Position numbers and translations under genes: made by a program. A DNA stretch of 64,000 nucleotides, taken from NCBI GenBank assembly GCA_003282445.1, contig QBZE01000002.1:8752-72751 (forward strand), read 5' to 3'. Under the pieces are notes generated by a model. The model saw nothing but the letters and a program-made list of their open reading frames with translations. It was not told the origin of the DNA and did no database searches. This DNA is from OCS155 cluster bacterium AG-333-G23. Its GTDB lineage: Bacteria; Actinomycetota; Acidimicrobiia; Actinomarinales; Actinomarinaceae. Shown here in pieces: positions 21,423-31,462 of this stretch. Position 1 is the stretch's first letter. Each line of letters opens with the position of its first letter.

Positions 21423-21797
21423 GTGAATAATATATCAAAAATTGGTTTTATAATATTTATTGTTTTTGTGAGTGGAATAATAATTTACTCAATTACTACT
21501 ACTGAAAGATTTGGTGATAGTTATATAGATCAATTACGAATAGCTGATGCCGACGAGACTCTTGAAACTTTCAGTGACGAGATTGTTATTGAAATTGGAA
21601 AATCAGTATGTAATGAAGCAATTAATTGGATAGATGAAGAAACATCTTCAATTTTGATTCAAAATATCCTCCTTGAAAATGGAATAGAAGTAAAAAAGGA
21701 AAACAGAATTATTCCAATTATAAGATTTCAGTCTATTTATGAATTATGTCCCGAGAACATAAATCTTTTAGAAGATTTATTTGGAAAAAATGAATAG
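21423..21797 (+). CDS. Hypothetical membrane-anchored protein (N-terminal TM helix plus about 95 aa extracytoplasmic domain with 2 Cys)
   Basis: 124 aa. 'IGFIIFIVFVSGIIIYSI' signal anchor. No family recognised. Confidence 0.4.
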   Translation: MNNISKIGFIIFIVFVSGIIIYSITTTERFGDSYIDQLRIADADETLETFSDEIVIEIGKSVCNEAINWIDEETSSILIQNILLENGIEVKKENRIIPIIRFQSIYELCPENINLLEDLFGKNE

Positions 21798-22386
21798 ACA
21801 AATATTAGAGAGGTTACCTCAATTATTGTTTGGTTTGTTTTTATGTGGTTTTGGACTTGCTTTTACTATTGAGGCTAAATTGGGATTAAACTCGTGGGAT
21901 GTTTTTCATGATGGTTTTAGTCAATTGATAAATGTAAAGATCGGATTCGCTGGAGTCATTACAGGTTTTATTTTGCTTCTTGGGTGGATACCTTTAAAAC
22001 AAAAGCCTTTCATTGGAACAATAATTAATATACTTACAATCGGCAATGTAATTGATTTGACTATGTACTTCTTGCCAACTCCTGATTTATTTTGGCTTAG
22101 ACATTTGTATCTATATTTTGGCACTGTTGTTTTTGCCATGGGTGTAGGAATATACATAGGTTCTGGTCTTGGTCCAGGTCCAAGAGATGGAATTATGACA
22201 GGTATTTCAAAAATGGGACCAAGCATTAGAGCTACAAGAATAGCAATCGACTTTACAGCATTCATAATTGGAGTTCTACTTGGTGGATCCTACGGATATG
22301 GAACGGTGGTTATGGTTTTAACAGTAGGACCAATTGTACAGTTTTCTTTAGAAAGATATGATAAGGGCGCAATTTTTAGCTTATAA
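21781..22386 (+). CDS. YczE/YitT-like (DUF6198-type) integral membrane protein
   Basis: 201 aa. 'GLNSWDVFHDGFSQ' and 'GYGTVVMVLTVGPIVQF' parallel the 'GVGAWDALNVGLSK...GIGTVVVTFLIGPLIQF' blocks of B. subtilis YczE. Confidence 0.55.
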   Translation: MEKMNRQILERLPQLLFGLFLCGFGLAFTIEAKLGLNSWDVFHDGFSQLINVKIGFAGVITGFILLLGWIPLKQKPFIGTIINILTIGNVIDLTMYFLPTPDLFWLRHLYLYFGTVVFAMGVGIYIGSGLGPGPRDGIMTGISKMGPSIRATRIAIDFTAFIIGVLLGGSYGYGTVVMVLTVGPIVQFSLERYDKGAIFSL

Positions 22387-22974
22387 TTAAATTTTAATAA
22401 ATTCTTGAACACCAGCTTCGTTAGTTATCAATTTCCGTCTTGGTCTTCCTCTAAAATTAACTCTTGATACAGGCTCTTGACCTAGGAAGCATCCTTTTTC
22501 AAAATTAAGAAATGTTAGAAGCCATTTAGTTTCATTGGGTAATAGTCCATTTTTAATAGTTTCTGTTGTTGGGAGTTCATTTTTTAAAGTTACCTCATTC
22601 CAAGTATGCAAATCTTCTCCAGGAAAGCTGTTTTCAAATCCTGATTCAAATGTATCTGGATTAATTTTTAAATAAACATCTATATCTTTTATCTCTATTT
22701 CACATTTAATTCTTATTTTGTATTTTTCAAAAGTTTCTTTTATTTTTAATAATTCATCTTTATTTTGATATATATTTATAACTTGACCATTTTTTTCAGT
22801 TAAGAACCAATAATTTATCTTTCCGTCAGGGAAAAGTAAAAAAGATGGGGTTATTTTTCCTTCAACGAATTCATTAGAGATCAGTGAATCTAAAAATGAA
22901 ACTGCATCTTCTCCTTCAAAAGTTAGGACTTTATCTAGTTTTAAGTATTGCATTCTTATATTGTACTTAACCAA
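22387..22974 (-). CDS. Folate-binding YgfZ/CAF17-like protein (GcvT-fold), short form
   Basis: 195 aa. Signature 'KGCFLGQE' (the KGC[YF]xGQE motif of COG0354) near the C-terminus. N-terminal 'FEGEDAVSFLDSLISNE' is like the YgfZ/GcvT N-domain. Confidence 0.6.
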   Translation of the reverse strand: MVKYNIRMQYLKLDKVLTFEGEDAVSFLDSLISNEFVEGKITPSFLLFPDGKINYWFLTEKNGQVINIYQNKDELLKIKETFEKYKIRIKCEIEIKDIDVYLKINPDTFESGFENSFPGEDLHTWNEVTLKNELPTTETIKNGLLPNETKWLLTFLNFEKGCFLGQEPVSRVNFRGRPRRKLITNEAGVQEFIKI

Positions 22975-23663
22975 TCAAGTTTTAAATAAATAAATAAGTC
23001 CTGGAATATTGATGCTAGAAGGTACATCCTGTCAGAGAATATTAAAAAACCAATAAAAATTAGAATACTTCCAGATATTTTATTTGAATATTGTTGAAAT
23101 TTAATAATAAGCCTTCCTTTAAGGTTAACTTTTGAAGAAAGTAAAGGCATTGATATGAATGGAATCGCTAATCCTAATGAATAAACAGATAATAAAAGTA
23201 TGCCCTCACTTACTGTTTGTTTATTTGAAGATAAAGTAAGAAGTGCTCCTAAAACTGGTCCTATACACGGGGTAAATCCAAAAGCAAAGGTTAAACCTAG
23301 AATAAAGTTTTTAAAATTTTTAAATTTATTTAAATCAACATAGTTTGCACTATAAAAATATTTTTGATTCAAATTTGGAAAGAAAAGTATTAGACCAAAA
23401 ATAATTATTATCACACCGCTTAACATAGATAAAGACTGGGAGTTGCGAGAAAAGAAAGAGCCAATGTTAGTGGCTATTGCCGCTAAAGAAATAAAAACTA
23501 ATGTAAATCCAAAAGTAAATTGTATTGAACCAATCAAACGTACACGAGTATTTTTTTCTACCTCTGAAAATATAGCAAGATAACCGGGAACTAAAGGAAG
23601 AACGCAAGGTGAGAAGAAAGAAAGGGCCCCAAATATAAATGCTATTGATAAATTTACATCCAT
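22956..23663 (-). CDS. ccdA: Cytochrome c-type biogenesis / thiol-disulfide transporter CcdA (DsbD family)
   Basis: The ORF track gives 22956..23750, but that would overlap nth by 86 nt. The internal Met (MDVNLSIAFIF) at 23663 starts 1 nt after the nth stop, giving 235 aa. TM-embedded Cys ('FFSPCVLP', 'FTPCIGP') typical of CcdA. Confidence 0.7.
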   Translation of the reverse strand: MDVNLSIAFIFGALSFFSPCVLPLVPGYLAIFSEVEKNTRVRLIGSIQFTFGFTLVFISLAAIATNIGSFFSRNSQSLSMLSGVIIIIFGLILFFPNLNQKYFYSANYVDLNKFKNFKNFILGLTFAFGFTPCIGPVLGALLTLSSNKQTVSEGILLLSVYSLGLAIPFISMPLLSSKVNLKGRLIIKFQQYSNKISGSILIFIGFLIFSDRMYLLASIFQDLFIYLKLDWLSTI

Positions 23664-23664
23664 G

Positions 23665-24297
23665 TTATTTAATCCCCTTACGGCCATATTTACTACAAAT
23701 AGGGCATGTATCTTTTTTATGTGATATAGCTGGACAATATTCACGCCCAAAATATATCATTTGTAAATGTAGTTTATTCCAAGATTCCTCAGGAAATAAA
23801 CGTTTTAAATCTTTTTCAGTTTTTTCTACACTTTTCCTTGTAGATAATGCCCATCTCCATGCTAATCGATGAATGTGTGTATCAACCGGAAATGCAGGGA
23901 CTCCAAATGCTTGACTCATTACGACTGAAGCTGTTTTGTGACCTACTCCTGGTAATTCTTCTAGTTGTTCAAAATTTTTAGGAACAACTGAGTCATATTT
24001 ATTTACTAGTATTTTTGATAGCCCCACTATTGCTTTTGATTTTTGAGGTGACAATCCACAAGGTTTAACAATTTCGCGTACTTTCTTTACATTTTGTTTA
24101 GCCATTTCATTTGGATTGTTGGCTAATTTAAATAAATAAGGTGTCACTTCATTTACTTTTTTATCTGTGCAACGGGCAGATAGTAAAACAGCTATTAAAA
24201 GAGTGAAAGGATCTTTATGGTTCAATGGAACTGGTGGATTTGGATATTTCTTATCTAAGATTTTTTGAATCTCTTTTACCTTAACTTGTTTTTTCAT
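23665..24297 (-). CDS. nth: Endonuclease III (DNA glycosylase/AP lyase)
   Basis: 210 aa. HhH-GPD motif 'LPGVGHKTASVV', catalytic Lys/Asp, and C-terminal 4Fe-4S loop 'CxxxxxxCxxCxxxxxC'. Confidence 0.9.
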   Translation of the reverse strand: MKKQVKVKEIQKILDKKYPNPPVPLNHKDPFTLLIAVLLSARCTDKKVNEVTPYLFKLANNPNEMAKQNVKKVREIVKPCGLSPQKSKAIVGLSKILVNKYDSVVPKNFEQLEELPGVGHKTASVVMSQAFGVPAFPVDTHIHRLAWRWALSTRKSVEKTEKDLKRLFPEESWNKLHLQMIYFGREYCPAISHKKDTCPICSKYGRKGIK

Positions 24298-24337
24298 ATA
24301 ATTATTTTATACAATATATTAATGTTCACTTATTCAG

Positions 24338-25165
24338 ATGTTTAAGAATAAAAAAGTTATAGCAGTTAACGCTTTGGTCCTTGCAGCTTTATTGTTTGGA
24401 TCAACTTTTATTATTGTAAAAAACTTGTTGGATGACTTATCTCCAACAACTGTTGTATTTCTTAGATATTTAATTGCATCTATTTTATTTCTTATTTCTG
24501 GTGGAATTCCAACAAAAGAATATTTAAAACCAGGATTATTAATGGGACTTTTTCTTTGGATTGGATATATTACTCAAACACAAGGATTGCTAACTACATC
24601 CACAATAAATTCTGGTATCGTTACTGGATTTTATATTGTGCTAACTCCAATATTTTCAAAATTTATCAATAAAACAACAATAGAAAGAAAAAACTATATC
24701 GGATCTACATTTGGATTTCTTGGAATATTCTTAATTGCGATAAATAGCATAGACCAACTTTTTGGTAATCTCTTCACTTTAATTTGTGCTTCTGGTTACG
24801 CCCTGCACATAGTAATGGTTGAAAGATATATTCAAGGAAAAAATATTTCACAACTTATGTTTATTCAATCTTTGGTAGGTGGAATACTTTGTATCCCTTT
24901 TTTGAACATTAATCAAATTGCAGAAGGTATAGATTTCATATATCCAATATTATTTTTGGGTATTCTTGTTAATTTCTGTGCCTTTTATCTCCAGTTATTT
25001 GGTCAAAAGTTTATAAATGCCTCTACTGCATCTTTATTGTTTGGACTAGAGGGAGTGTTTGCTTTATTAATTGGAGTATTTTATGTTGAAGAAGTACTCA
25101 ACTTAACTAATTGGATTGGCGTTTTTGTTGTTCTTTCATCTATATATTATGTAATTAAAGAATAG
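24338..25165 (+). CDS. DMT superfamily (EamA-like) transporter
   Basis: 275 aa, 10 predicted TM helices arranged as two EamA repeats. Confidence 0.7.
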   Translation: MFKNKKVIAVNALVLAALLFGSTFIIVKNLLDDLSPTTVVFLRYLIASILFLISGGIPTKEYLKPGLLMGLFLWIGYITQTQGLLTTSTINSGIVTGFYIVLTPIFSKFINKTTIERKNYIGSTFGFLGIFLIAINSIDQLFGNLFTLICASGYALHIVMVERYIQGKNISQLMFIQSLVGGILCIPFLNINQIAEGIDFIYPILFLGILVNFCAFYLQLFGQKFINASTASLLFGLEGVFALLIGVFYVEEVLNLTNWIGVFVVLSSIYYVIKE

Positions 25166-25418
25166 AGCTATTTTCTTCAAGACTATTCAAATATTTCATT
25201 ATTAAACGTAATAAGAAGACTAAAAAGAAAAAGGCCCCAATTAGAAAGATTAACAATCTTGGACCTTCGCTTATTGGAATAGAGCAAGTAACTATATTGT
25301 CACATAAGCCGAATCCATCACCGCCATTTGCTAGGTCGTAAACAATTATTAATGGATACCCTAGTATCAAAACTAAAGATACAAGTATAAAAAAAACTAT
25401 CGCTCTTAATAAAAACAT
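25155..25418 (-). CDS. Small hypothetical membrane protein (2 TM)
   Basis: 87 aa hydrophobic ORF filling the gap between the DMT transporter and thyX. No family recognised. Confidence 0.3.
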   Translation of the reverse strand: MFLLRAIVFFILVSLVLILGYPLIIVYDLANGGDGFGLCDNIVTCSIPISEGPRLLIFLIGAFFFLVFLLRLIMKYLNSLEENSSIL

Positions 25419-25447
25419 ATTTTTTTTATTTTAATATAGTTACATAA

Positions 25448-26110
25448 ATGAAAGTTAAATTAATAAGTTATTCAAAACCTACTGAAGAGGTAAGTAATGA
25501 AGGTATCTCAGATGCGCAAGAATTGGTGGCATTTTGTGCACGCGTATCAAACCCATCTAATCAATTAAATACAGAAACAAGTGAAAAGTTAATAACTTAT
25601 CTTATTAAAAATGCCCATTGGTCTCCTCTGGAAATGGTAAGTGCTTGTTTAGAAATTGAAACAACTAGAGATATTGCAAGACAAATGTTAAGACATAGGT
25701 CGTTCAGTTTCCAAGAATTTAGTCAAAGATATGCAAACCCAGTCGAAGATTTAGAATTCGTCACAAGAGAAGCAAGATTGCAGGATCCAAAAAATAGACA
25801 AAATTCTATTGATACTGATAATGCTGAAATTGTAAATGAGTGGACATCTAAGCAAAATGAAGTCATTGAAGCAGCAACCAATGCTTATAATTGGGCTATT
25901 GATTCTGGAATAGCTAAAGAACAGGCAAGGTCTGTTTTACCTGAGGGCAACACAGTTAGCAGGTTGTATATGAATGGTACATTAAGAAGTTGGATACACT
26001 ACATTGAGCTTAGAGCAGGAAATGGTACTCAAAAAGAACATATGGAAATTGCAAAAGCTTGCGCAGAGGTTATACATATTATTTTTCCAATGGGAGAAAA
26101 TTTAAATTAA
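25448..26110 (+). CDS. thyX: Flavin-dependent thymidylate synthase ThyX
   Basis: 220 aa. ThyX motif 'RHRSFSFQEFSQRY' (RHR-x7-S). Confidence 0.85.
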   Translation: MKVKLISYSKPTEEVSNEGISDAQELVAFCARVSNPSNQLNTETSEKLITYLIKNAHWSPLEMVSACLEIETTRDIARQMLRHRSFSFQEFSQRYANPVEDLEFVTREARLQDPKNRQNSIDTDNAEIVNEWTSKQNEVIEAATNAYNWAIDSGIAKEQARSVLPEGNTVSRLYMNGTLRSWIHYIELRAGNGTQKEHMEIAKACAEVIHIIFPMGENLN

Positions 26111-26316
26111 GAATCTAGCTTATATTTAAAAACTAAATAACCATCGATAATTTCATATTCAGAATCAGAAATTATCATATAATCTTGATAGTCCTCTTCA
26201 GCCTGTTTTATAAAAGCTAGTCTCTCATCTCCTCCAACAGGTGGCACAGATCTATTTTTTACAGCTTCTGCTCTTTTTTTAAATCTATTTTGAAAATCGC
26301 TTATATTAAATGTCAT
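26107..26316 (-). CDS. Hypothetical small acidic protein
   Basis: 69 aa ORF immediately downstream of dnaE on the same strand. No family recognised. Confidence 0.3.
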   Translation of the reverse strand: MTFNISDFQNRFKKRAEAVKNRSVPPVGGDERLAFIKQAEEDYQDYMIISDSEYEIIDGYLVFKYKLDS

Positions 26317-26329
26317 AGTTAAATATTAA

Positions 26330-29300
26330 TTAATTTGAAAGTAATGTATTTATTTCGTTTCTTAATTCAGTAGTTTTCTTTATTTTTATAGATTTTAATT
26401 CTAATAATTTTGGTACTTCGCCTTCTGAGCTAACCTCTAGCTCAACTTTAGAATTTCCTGGATGCTTCTGTAGAAGCTCTTTAAGAAGAATTAAATTATT
26501 TTTATCGAGTATATCTTCTGAAACAGAGATTCTTAATGGGCTAGTGTCTTGGTCCATTATCATTTTTGATGGCTCTACCGCTTCAATGTCTCTAGCTCTT
26601 ATAATATTCTCAGACCCCCCAACATAAGTTCCAGTAACTTTAATATAAGCCTCTCCATCTAAATTTGAATTATACTTATCTACTAATTTGTTAAACAATA
26701 GAACTCCAACTGATCCTGTAATCTCCTGAATGTCAAATTGAATCCAGGGGTTCCCTCTTCTAGAAACTCTTTTCTGAACATTGGATACTAAACCAGCAAT
26801 AACGACGTTGACCTCTTCCTCCTCTGAGTAATCTAGTAATTCAACTACAGAATGTGAAGAATCAGACCTAAGAACTTCCCCATACCCTTCGAGAGGGTCC
26901 TCACTAACAAAAAAACCAAGCATTTCTCTTTCTCTATCTAGTAATTCCTTTTTATCCCATTCAACATTTTGAATTTTTGTTTTATTTTCACTATCGTCAA
27001 GTTCAAATAATGAACCTTGCGAGCTTTGTCCATTTTTTTTCAAATCTTTTGCATCTTCAATTAAGTCAGTTATTGATTCAAAAACCCCTTTACGTGGAAA
27101 TCCAAATCTGTCGAAAGCGCCTCCCTGAACCATAGCTTCTATACCTCTTTTATTTAAAGATCTAGAATCAATGCGAGATAAAAATTCTTCTATTGTTTCA
27201 AATGGACCATTTCCTCTTTCATTAATTATTTTTTCAGCTGTAATATCTCCAACATTTCTTATTGCAGAAATGCCAAAAACTATTTCATTGTTACTCACTG
27301 AAAAATCTTCGAGGCTTTCATTAATATCTGGTGTAGAAACTTTAACACCTAAGTCTCGAGCCTCGGAAAGAAAAATAGCAGTTCTGTCTTTATCTCTTTT
27401 TACTGCTGTTAAACATGCTGCTAAATACTCAGCTGGATGATTAGCTTTCAAATATGCAGTTTGATAAGCAAGAAGAGCATATGGAACTGAGTGACTTTTA
27501 TTAAATCCATATCCAGCAAAATATGCTATCTGATCAAAAAGCTCTATTGCAAATTGTTCAGAGTAACCATTTTTTGTAGCTCCTATTGTAAATTTTTCCC
27601 TTTGTTTTTCCATAACTTTTGGTATTTTCTTACCCATTGCTTTTCTTAATTCATCTGCTTCTTCTAATTCAAATCCAGATATTTTCTGAGCAATCTGCAT
27701 AACTTGTTCTTGATACAAAATTACTCCGTATGTTTCGGAAAGTATTTCTTCAAGATCTTTATGCAAATATTCAATATCTTTTCTTCCTGTAGCGCGATCA
27801 GTAAACTCATTGTGCATTCCAGCACCAAGGGGTCCAGGTCTTATAAGAGCAACTAACGCAACAATATCTTCAAAAGTATTTGTTTTTAAACTTCTTGAAG
27901 TCGACTGAGCTACCCTACTCTCTAATTGGAATACACCTGTCATTTTTCCATCAGCAAGTAATTCAAAAGTTTTTTTATCATCTAAAGGTATATTGTCAAT
28001 GTCTAACTTCTCATCACCGATCAGTTCTAACGTTCTATCAATTACAGATAAATTTCTTAGACCTAGAAAATCCATTTTTAAAAGACCCAGTTGTTCAACT
28101 GTGTGCATTTCAAATTGAGTTACTAATTCAGCTTCTTTTCCTTTTTGTTGAACTGGCAAAAAATTAGTAATTGTATCTGGAGAAATAACAACAGCTGCTG
28201 CATGAATACCATCTTGTCTTCTTAGACCTTCTAATCCAAGTGCTATATTTATGATTTCTTTTACTTCTTCATCTTTTTTATATTGCTCTCTTAATTCTGA
28301 GGATGCTGAGTAAAACTCTTTACTATATCCACTCTTATTATCTTCATCTAGTTTTAAGCATTCAGATATTGTTGCGGTATTGCCAAGTATCATTGGAGGC
28401 ATTAACTTTGCAACCTTATCACCAGAAGAAAATGAGAGTCCTAAAACTCTAGCTGCATCTCTTATTGCTTGTTTGGCTTTTATAGTTGCAAATGTAATTA
28501 TGTGTGCAACTTTATCTTCGCCGTATTTTTTTATTACATATTCTATAACATCGTTTCTATATCTTTCATCAAAGTCCATATCTATATCTGGTAATTCTTT
28601 TCTGCCTTTATTTAAGAAACGCTCAAATAGTAATCCGTACTTTAAGGGTTCAATACCAGTTATTCCAAGACAGTATGCAACGATTGATCCTGCTGCGGAA
28701 CCTCTTCCAGCCCCTGTTCTTATATCATTTTCCTTAGCGTAGTTCATTAAGTCACCAACTATTAAAAAATAAGATGCAAAACCCATAGAATTTATTACTT
28801 CTAGTTCGTAATCTATGCGCTCTTTGATTTCTTTAGAAAGATCTGAGTAAACTTCTTCTGCACCTTCATATACTTTTTCATTTAAGTATTCTTCAATTGT
28901 TTTATTTTTTTGAGGTACGGGAAAGTCAGGGAGATAATACTTTGGAGAACTAAAGTTATATTCTATTCTTTCAGCAATCTCTACAGTGTTGTCACAAGCT
29001 TTTGGAAATTTTTCTTCTGGAAACAATTTTCTCATTTCTTCAGATGATTTAACATAATAACCTGAGCCATCAAATTTAAATCTTGTATTGTCGTCTAATG
29101 TTGCATTTGTTTGAACACATAGCAGTGCATCATGAGCAGAAGCATCATCTTGATTTACATAATGTGAATCATTAGTAGCAACTAAAGGAGCCCCTATCTC
29201 CTCAGATATTTTAAGTAAATCAGGTAAAATTATTTTTTGTTGTGTAATTCCATGATTGTGCAATTCAATATAAAAGTTACTTTCTCCAAAAATTGATTGA

Positions 29301-29824
29301 TAAAATCTAGCTTTTTCTAATGCTTTTGAAAAGCTTCTCTCTCCTTCTTGATTGCCCTCTTCAACTGAGCCATCAGGTGCTAAAAATTGTGAAATTTCTC
29401 CTCCAAGGCATCCTGATAAAGCAATAATCCCTTCACTATGGTCTTTTAATAATTCATAATCAACTCTTGGTTTGTAGTAGTAACCTTCTGTATAAGCTTT
29501 GCTGGCCATTTTAACTAGATTCCAATAACCAACTGTATTTTCAGCTAAAAGGGTTAAATGATACCTTTTATTACTTTCACGATCAGGCCTATCAAATCTT
29601 GAATCATTAATAACATAAGCCTCATATCCAATTATTGGAATTAATTTTTTCTTTAAAGCTGAATGATAGAATTCTAAAGCACCATAAAGATTCCCGTGGT
29701 CGGTAATAGCTGCGCCAGGTTGATTAAGCTCTTTAACCCTATCAAGATAATCATCAATCTTAGCTGCCCCATCTAACATCGAATACTCAGTGTGGGCGTG
29801 TAAATGTACAAAGGATTTACTCAT
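26330..29824 (-). CDS. dnaE: DNA polymerase III alpha subunit (DnaE1)
   Basis: 1164 aa. N-terminal PHP domain ('HLHAHTEYSMLDGA'), palm/fingers domains and an OB-fold C-terminus. Confidence 0.95.
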   Translation of the reverse strand: MSKSFVHLHAHTEYSMLDGAAKIDDYLDRVKELNQPGAAITDHGNLYGALEFYHSALKKKLIPIIGYEAYVINDSRFDRPDRESNKRYHLTLLAENTVGYWNLVKMASKAYTEGYYYKPRVDYELLKDHSEGIIALSGCLGGEISQFLAPDGSVEEGNQEGERSFSKALEKARFYQSIFGESNFYIELHNHGITQQKIILPDLLKISEEIGAPLVATNDSHYVNQDDASAHDALLCVQTNATLDDNTRFKFDGSGYYVKSSEEMRKLFPEEKFPKACDNTVEIAERIEYNFSSPKYYLPDFPVPQKNKTIEEYLNEKVYEGAEEVYSDLSKEIKERIDYELEVINSMGFASYFLIVGDLMNYAKENDIRTGAGRGSAAGSIVAYCLGITGIEPLKYGLLFERFLNKGRKELPDIDMDFDERYRNDVIEYVIKKYGEDKVAHIITFATIKAKQAIRDAARVLGLSFSSGDKVAKLMPPMILGNTATISECLKLDEDNKSGYSKEFYSASSELREQYKKDEEVKEIINIALGLEGLRRQDGIHAAAVVISPDTITNFLPVQQKGKEAELVTQFEMHTVEQLGLLKMDFLGLRNLSVIDRTLELIGDEKLDIDNIPLDDKKTFELLADGKMTGVFQLESRVAQSTSRSLKTNTFEDIVALVALIRPGPLGAGMHNEFTDRATGRKDIEYLHKDLEEILSETYGVILYQEQVMQIAQKISGFELEEADELRKAMGKKIPKVMEKQREKFTIGATKNGYSEQFAIELFDQIAYFAGYGFNKSHSVPYALLAYQTAYLKANHPAEYLAACLTAVKRDKDRTAIFLSEARDLGVKVSTPDINESLEDFSVSNNEIVFGISAIRNVGDITAEKIINERGNGPFETIEEFLSRIDSRSLNKRGIEAMVQGGAFDRFGFPRKGVFESITDLIEDAKDLKKNGQSSQGSLFELDDSENKTKIQNVEWDKKELLDREREMLGFFVSEDPLEGYGEVLRSDSSHSVVELLDYSEEEEVNVVIAGLVSNVQKRVSRRGNPWIQFDIQEITGSVGVLLFNKLVDKYNSNLDGEAYIKVTGTYVGGSENIIRARDIEAVEPSKMIMDQDTSPLRISVSEDILDKNNLILLKELLQKHPGNSKVELEVSSEGEVPKLLELKSIKIKKTTELRNEINTLLSN

Positions 29825-29853
29825 AGATTTATTGTAAATGTTTTTTAATAAAT

Positions 29854-30459
29854 TTACACTTCCAGAACTTTATTAAAAAATTCTGGAGGTGGAGATTCAA
29901 AGGAAAATTCCTCATTAAATAATTTAAAATTCAAATTTTTAGAATGTAAACAAATAGCATTAGGTGGAATGTGTTTATTCAATTCGGCTCCATATAAAGT
30001 ATCATTAACTACAGGGGTATTTAAATATTCCATCTGAGCTCTAATTTGATGATTTCGACCTGTTATAAGATTTATACTAATTAGCGAATATCCACTGTTC
30101 TTTTTGATAACTTCATACTCAGAGATAGATAATCTTCCATTCTTTCCTATAGACCTTTTTGATCTGTTTGATTCTGATCTTTTTATTGGCAATTCTATTT
30201 TTCCGCTTTCTGATGAAAGATTACCTTGTACTATCGCTAAATACTTTTTATTTACTTTTCTATCTTTGAATTCATTTTTCAAAAATGTATATGTTTCATG
30301 ATTTATTGCACATACTATAAGACCAGACGTTACTCTATCCAACCTATGTACTATGCCTTCTCTGTATTCTTCTCCCCAATCTTTTATATTTGGAACTACT
30401 TCAAGCAGAAAATCCCTCAAAGTTTTTTCATTAGATTTACTGTTTGGGTGAGTTAACAA
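29854..30459 (-). CDS. RluA-family pseudouridine synthase (no S4 domain)
   Basis: 201 aa. Catalytic 'HRLDRVTSGLIV' motif with Asp. Conserved actinobacterial position between lspA and dnaE1. Confidence 0.8.
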   Translation of the reverse strand: MLTHPNSKSNEKTLRDFLLEVVPNIKDWGEEYREGIVHRLDRVTSGLIVCAINHETYTFLKNEFKDRKVNKKYLAIVQGNLSSESGKIELPIKRSESNRSKRSIGKNGRLSISEYEVIKKNSGYSLISINLITGRNHQIRAQMEYLNTPVVNDTLYGAELNKHIPPNAICLHSKNLNFKLFNEEFSFESPPPEFFNKVLEV

Positions 30460-30514
30460 ACCATTGGGTTTGTTAAAAACTATAATGTTTTGATTTTGAA
30501 ATTTTATTTCTGGA

Positions 30515-31021
30515 TTATTTATTTTTTAACTCCGAAAGTATCAACATACATATACCTATTGTGATATACGAATCAGCAAAATTAAAGCTAGGAATAAACA
30601 AAAGCTCTATAAAATCTGTAACTTTACCATCATTAAAAGTAATTAAATTGTATCCTCTTTCGCCTAAATTCCCAATTGCCCCCCCTAGAATCAAAGCTAG
30701 AGAATAAAATTCCATTGTATTGTTTTCCAAATTATTAAATTGTGTAAGCAACCAAAAGAAAACAATCAATGAAAGTACGAAAGTAATGTTTGTTTGTTCA
30801 CTAAAAAGTCCGAATGCGATTCCAGTATTGTATGTTAAATCTATTGTAAGGAAATTTTCAATTATTACTGTTTCTTGGATATTGTTAAGTCGAACGTAAT
30901 ATTTTACATAATTATCAAGAAGAGCTAAAAAAATGGAAATTACTAAAGGTTTGTAAAGTTTATTAAGATTCAAGTAATTCTGCACACTCTTTGCGTAAGG
31001 TTGCCCAAGGTAGAGCCTCAA
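30515..31021 (-). CDS. lspA: Lipoprotein signal peptidase (signal peptidase II). The true start is probably downstream of the track start (e.g. TTG near 30973), because the track ORF overlaps the upstream dksA-like gene by 59 nt.
   Basis: 'NTGIAFG' and 'FNFADSYITIG' catalytic Asp boxes of LspA. Four TM helices. Confidence 0.8.
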   Translation of the reverse strand: MRLYLGQPYAKSVQNYLNLNKLYKPLVISIFLALLDNYVKYYVRLNNIQETVIIENFLTIDLTYNTGIAFGLFSEQTNITFVLSLIVFFWLLTQFNNLENNTMEFYSLALILGGAIGNLGERGYNLITFNDGKVTDFIELLFIPSFNFADSYITIGICMLILSELKNK

Positions 31022-31340
31022 GCCTAGCTACTGGAATAGCTTCACCACAATTTTCACAATTTCCGTACTTTTTCTTCTTTATTAAAACTAGGGCGTGTTC
31101 AATCTGGTTTAATAGGTGTTTAGTATTTTCGTCTAAAGTTAACTCTTTTTCTAATTCAAACGCCATGGAACCACCATCTGCAGATGTTGGATCAGGACTT
31201 CTCTCAGCTGATGCTTCAGAAATTCTAATATTTTCTCTTTCCTTTTGATGTTGCTCTAACATTGTTAAAAGCTGTTCACGTTCAGCTAACAGTCTTTTTT
31301 CAAACTTTTTTATAGTATTTGGTGCAAGTTTTCTAGCCAT
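30963..31340 (-). CDS. DksA/TraR-family protein (C4 zinc finger partly degenerate)
   Basis: 125 aa. Coiled-coil N-terminus with acidic tip 'DPTSADGG', and 'CENCGEAIPVARLEALPWATLRKEC' with only 3 Cys. Confidence 0.6.
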   Translation of the reverse strand: MARKLAPNTIKKFEKRLLAEREQLLTMLEQHQKERENIRISEASAERSPDPTSADGGSMAFELEKELTLDENTKHLLNQIEHALVLIKKKKYGNCENCGEAIPVARLEALPWATLRKECAELLES

Positions 31341-31462
31341 AATTTTTTTATTAATTAATGTATATTACTAAATTTCTTATTAAAACAAATAATTAATAAA
31401 AATAATTTATTTGTTAAGTTAAACAGTGCTTTTCTTGATAAAGTATTTAAAATCTTAGAGAT

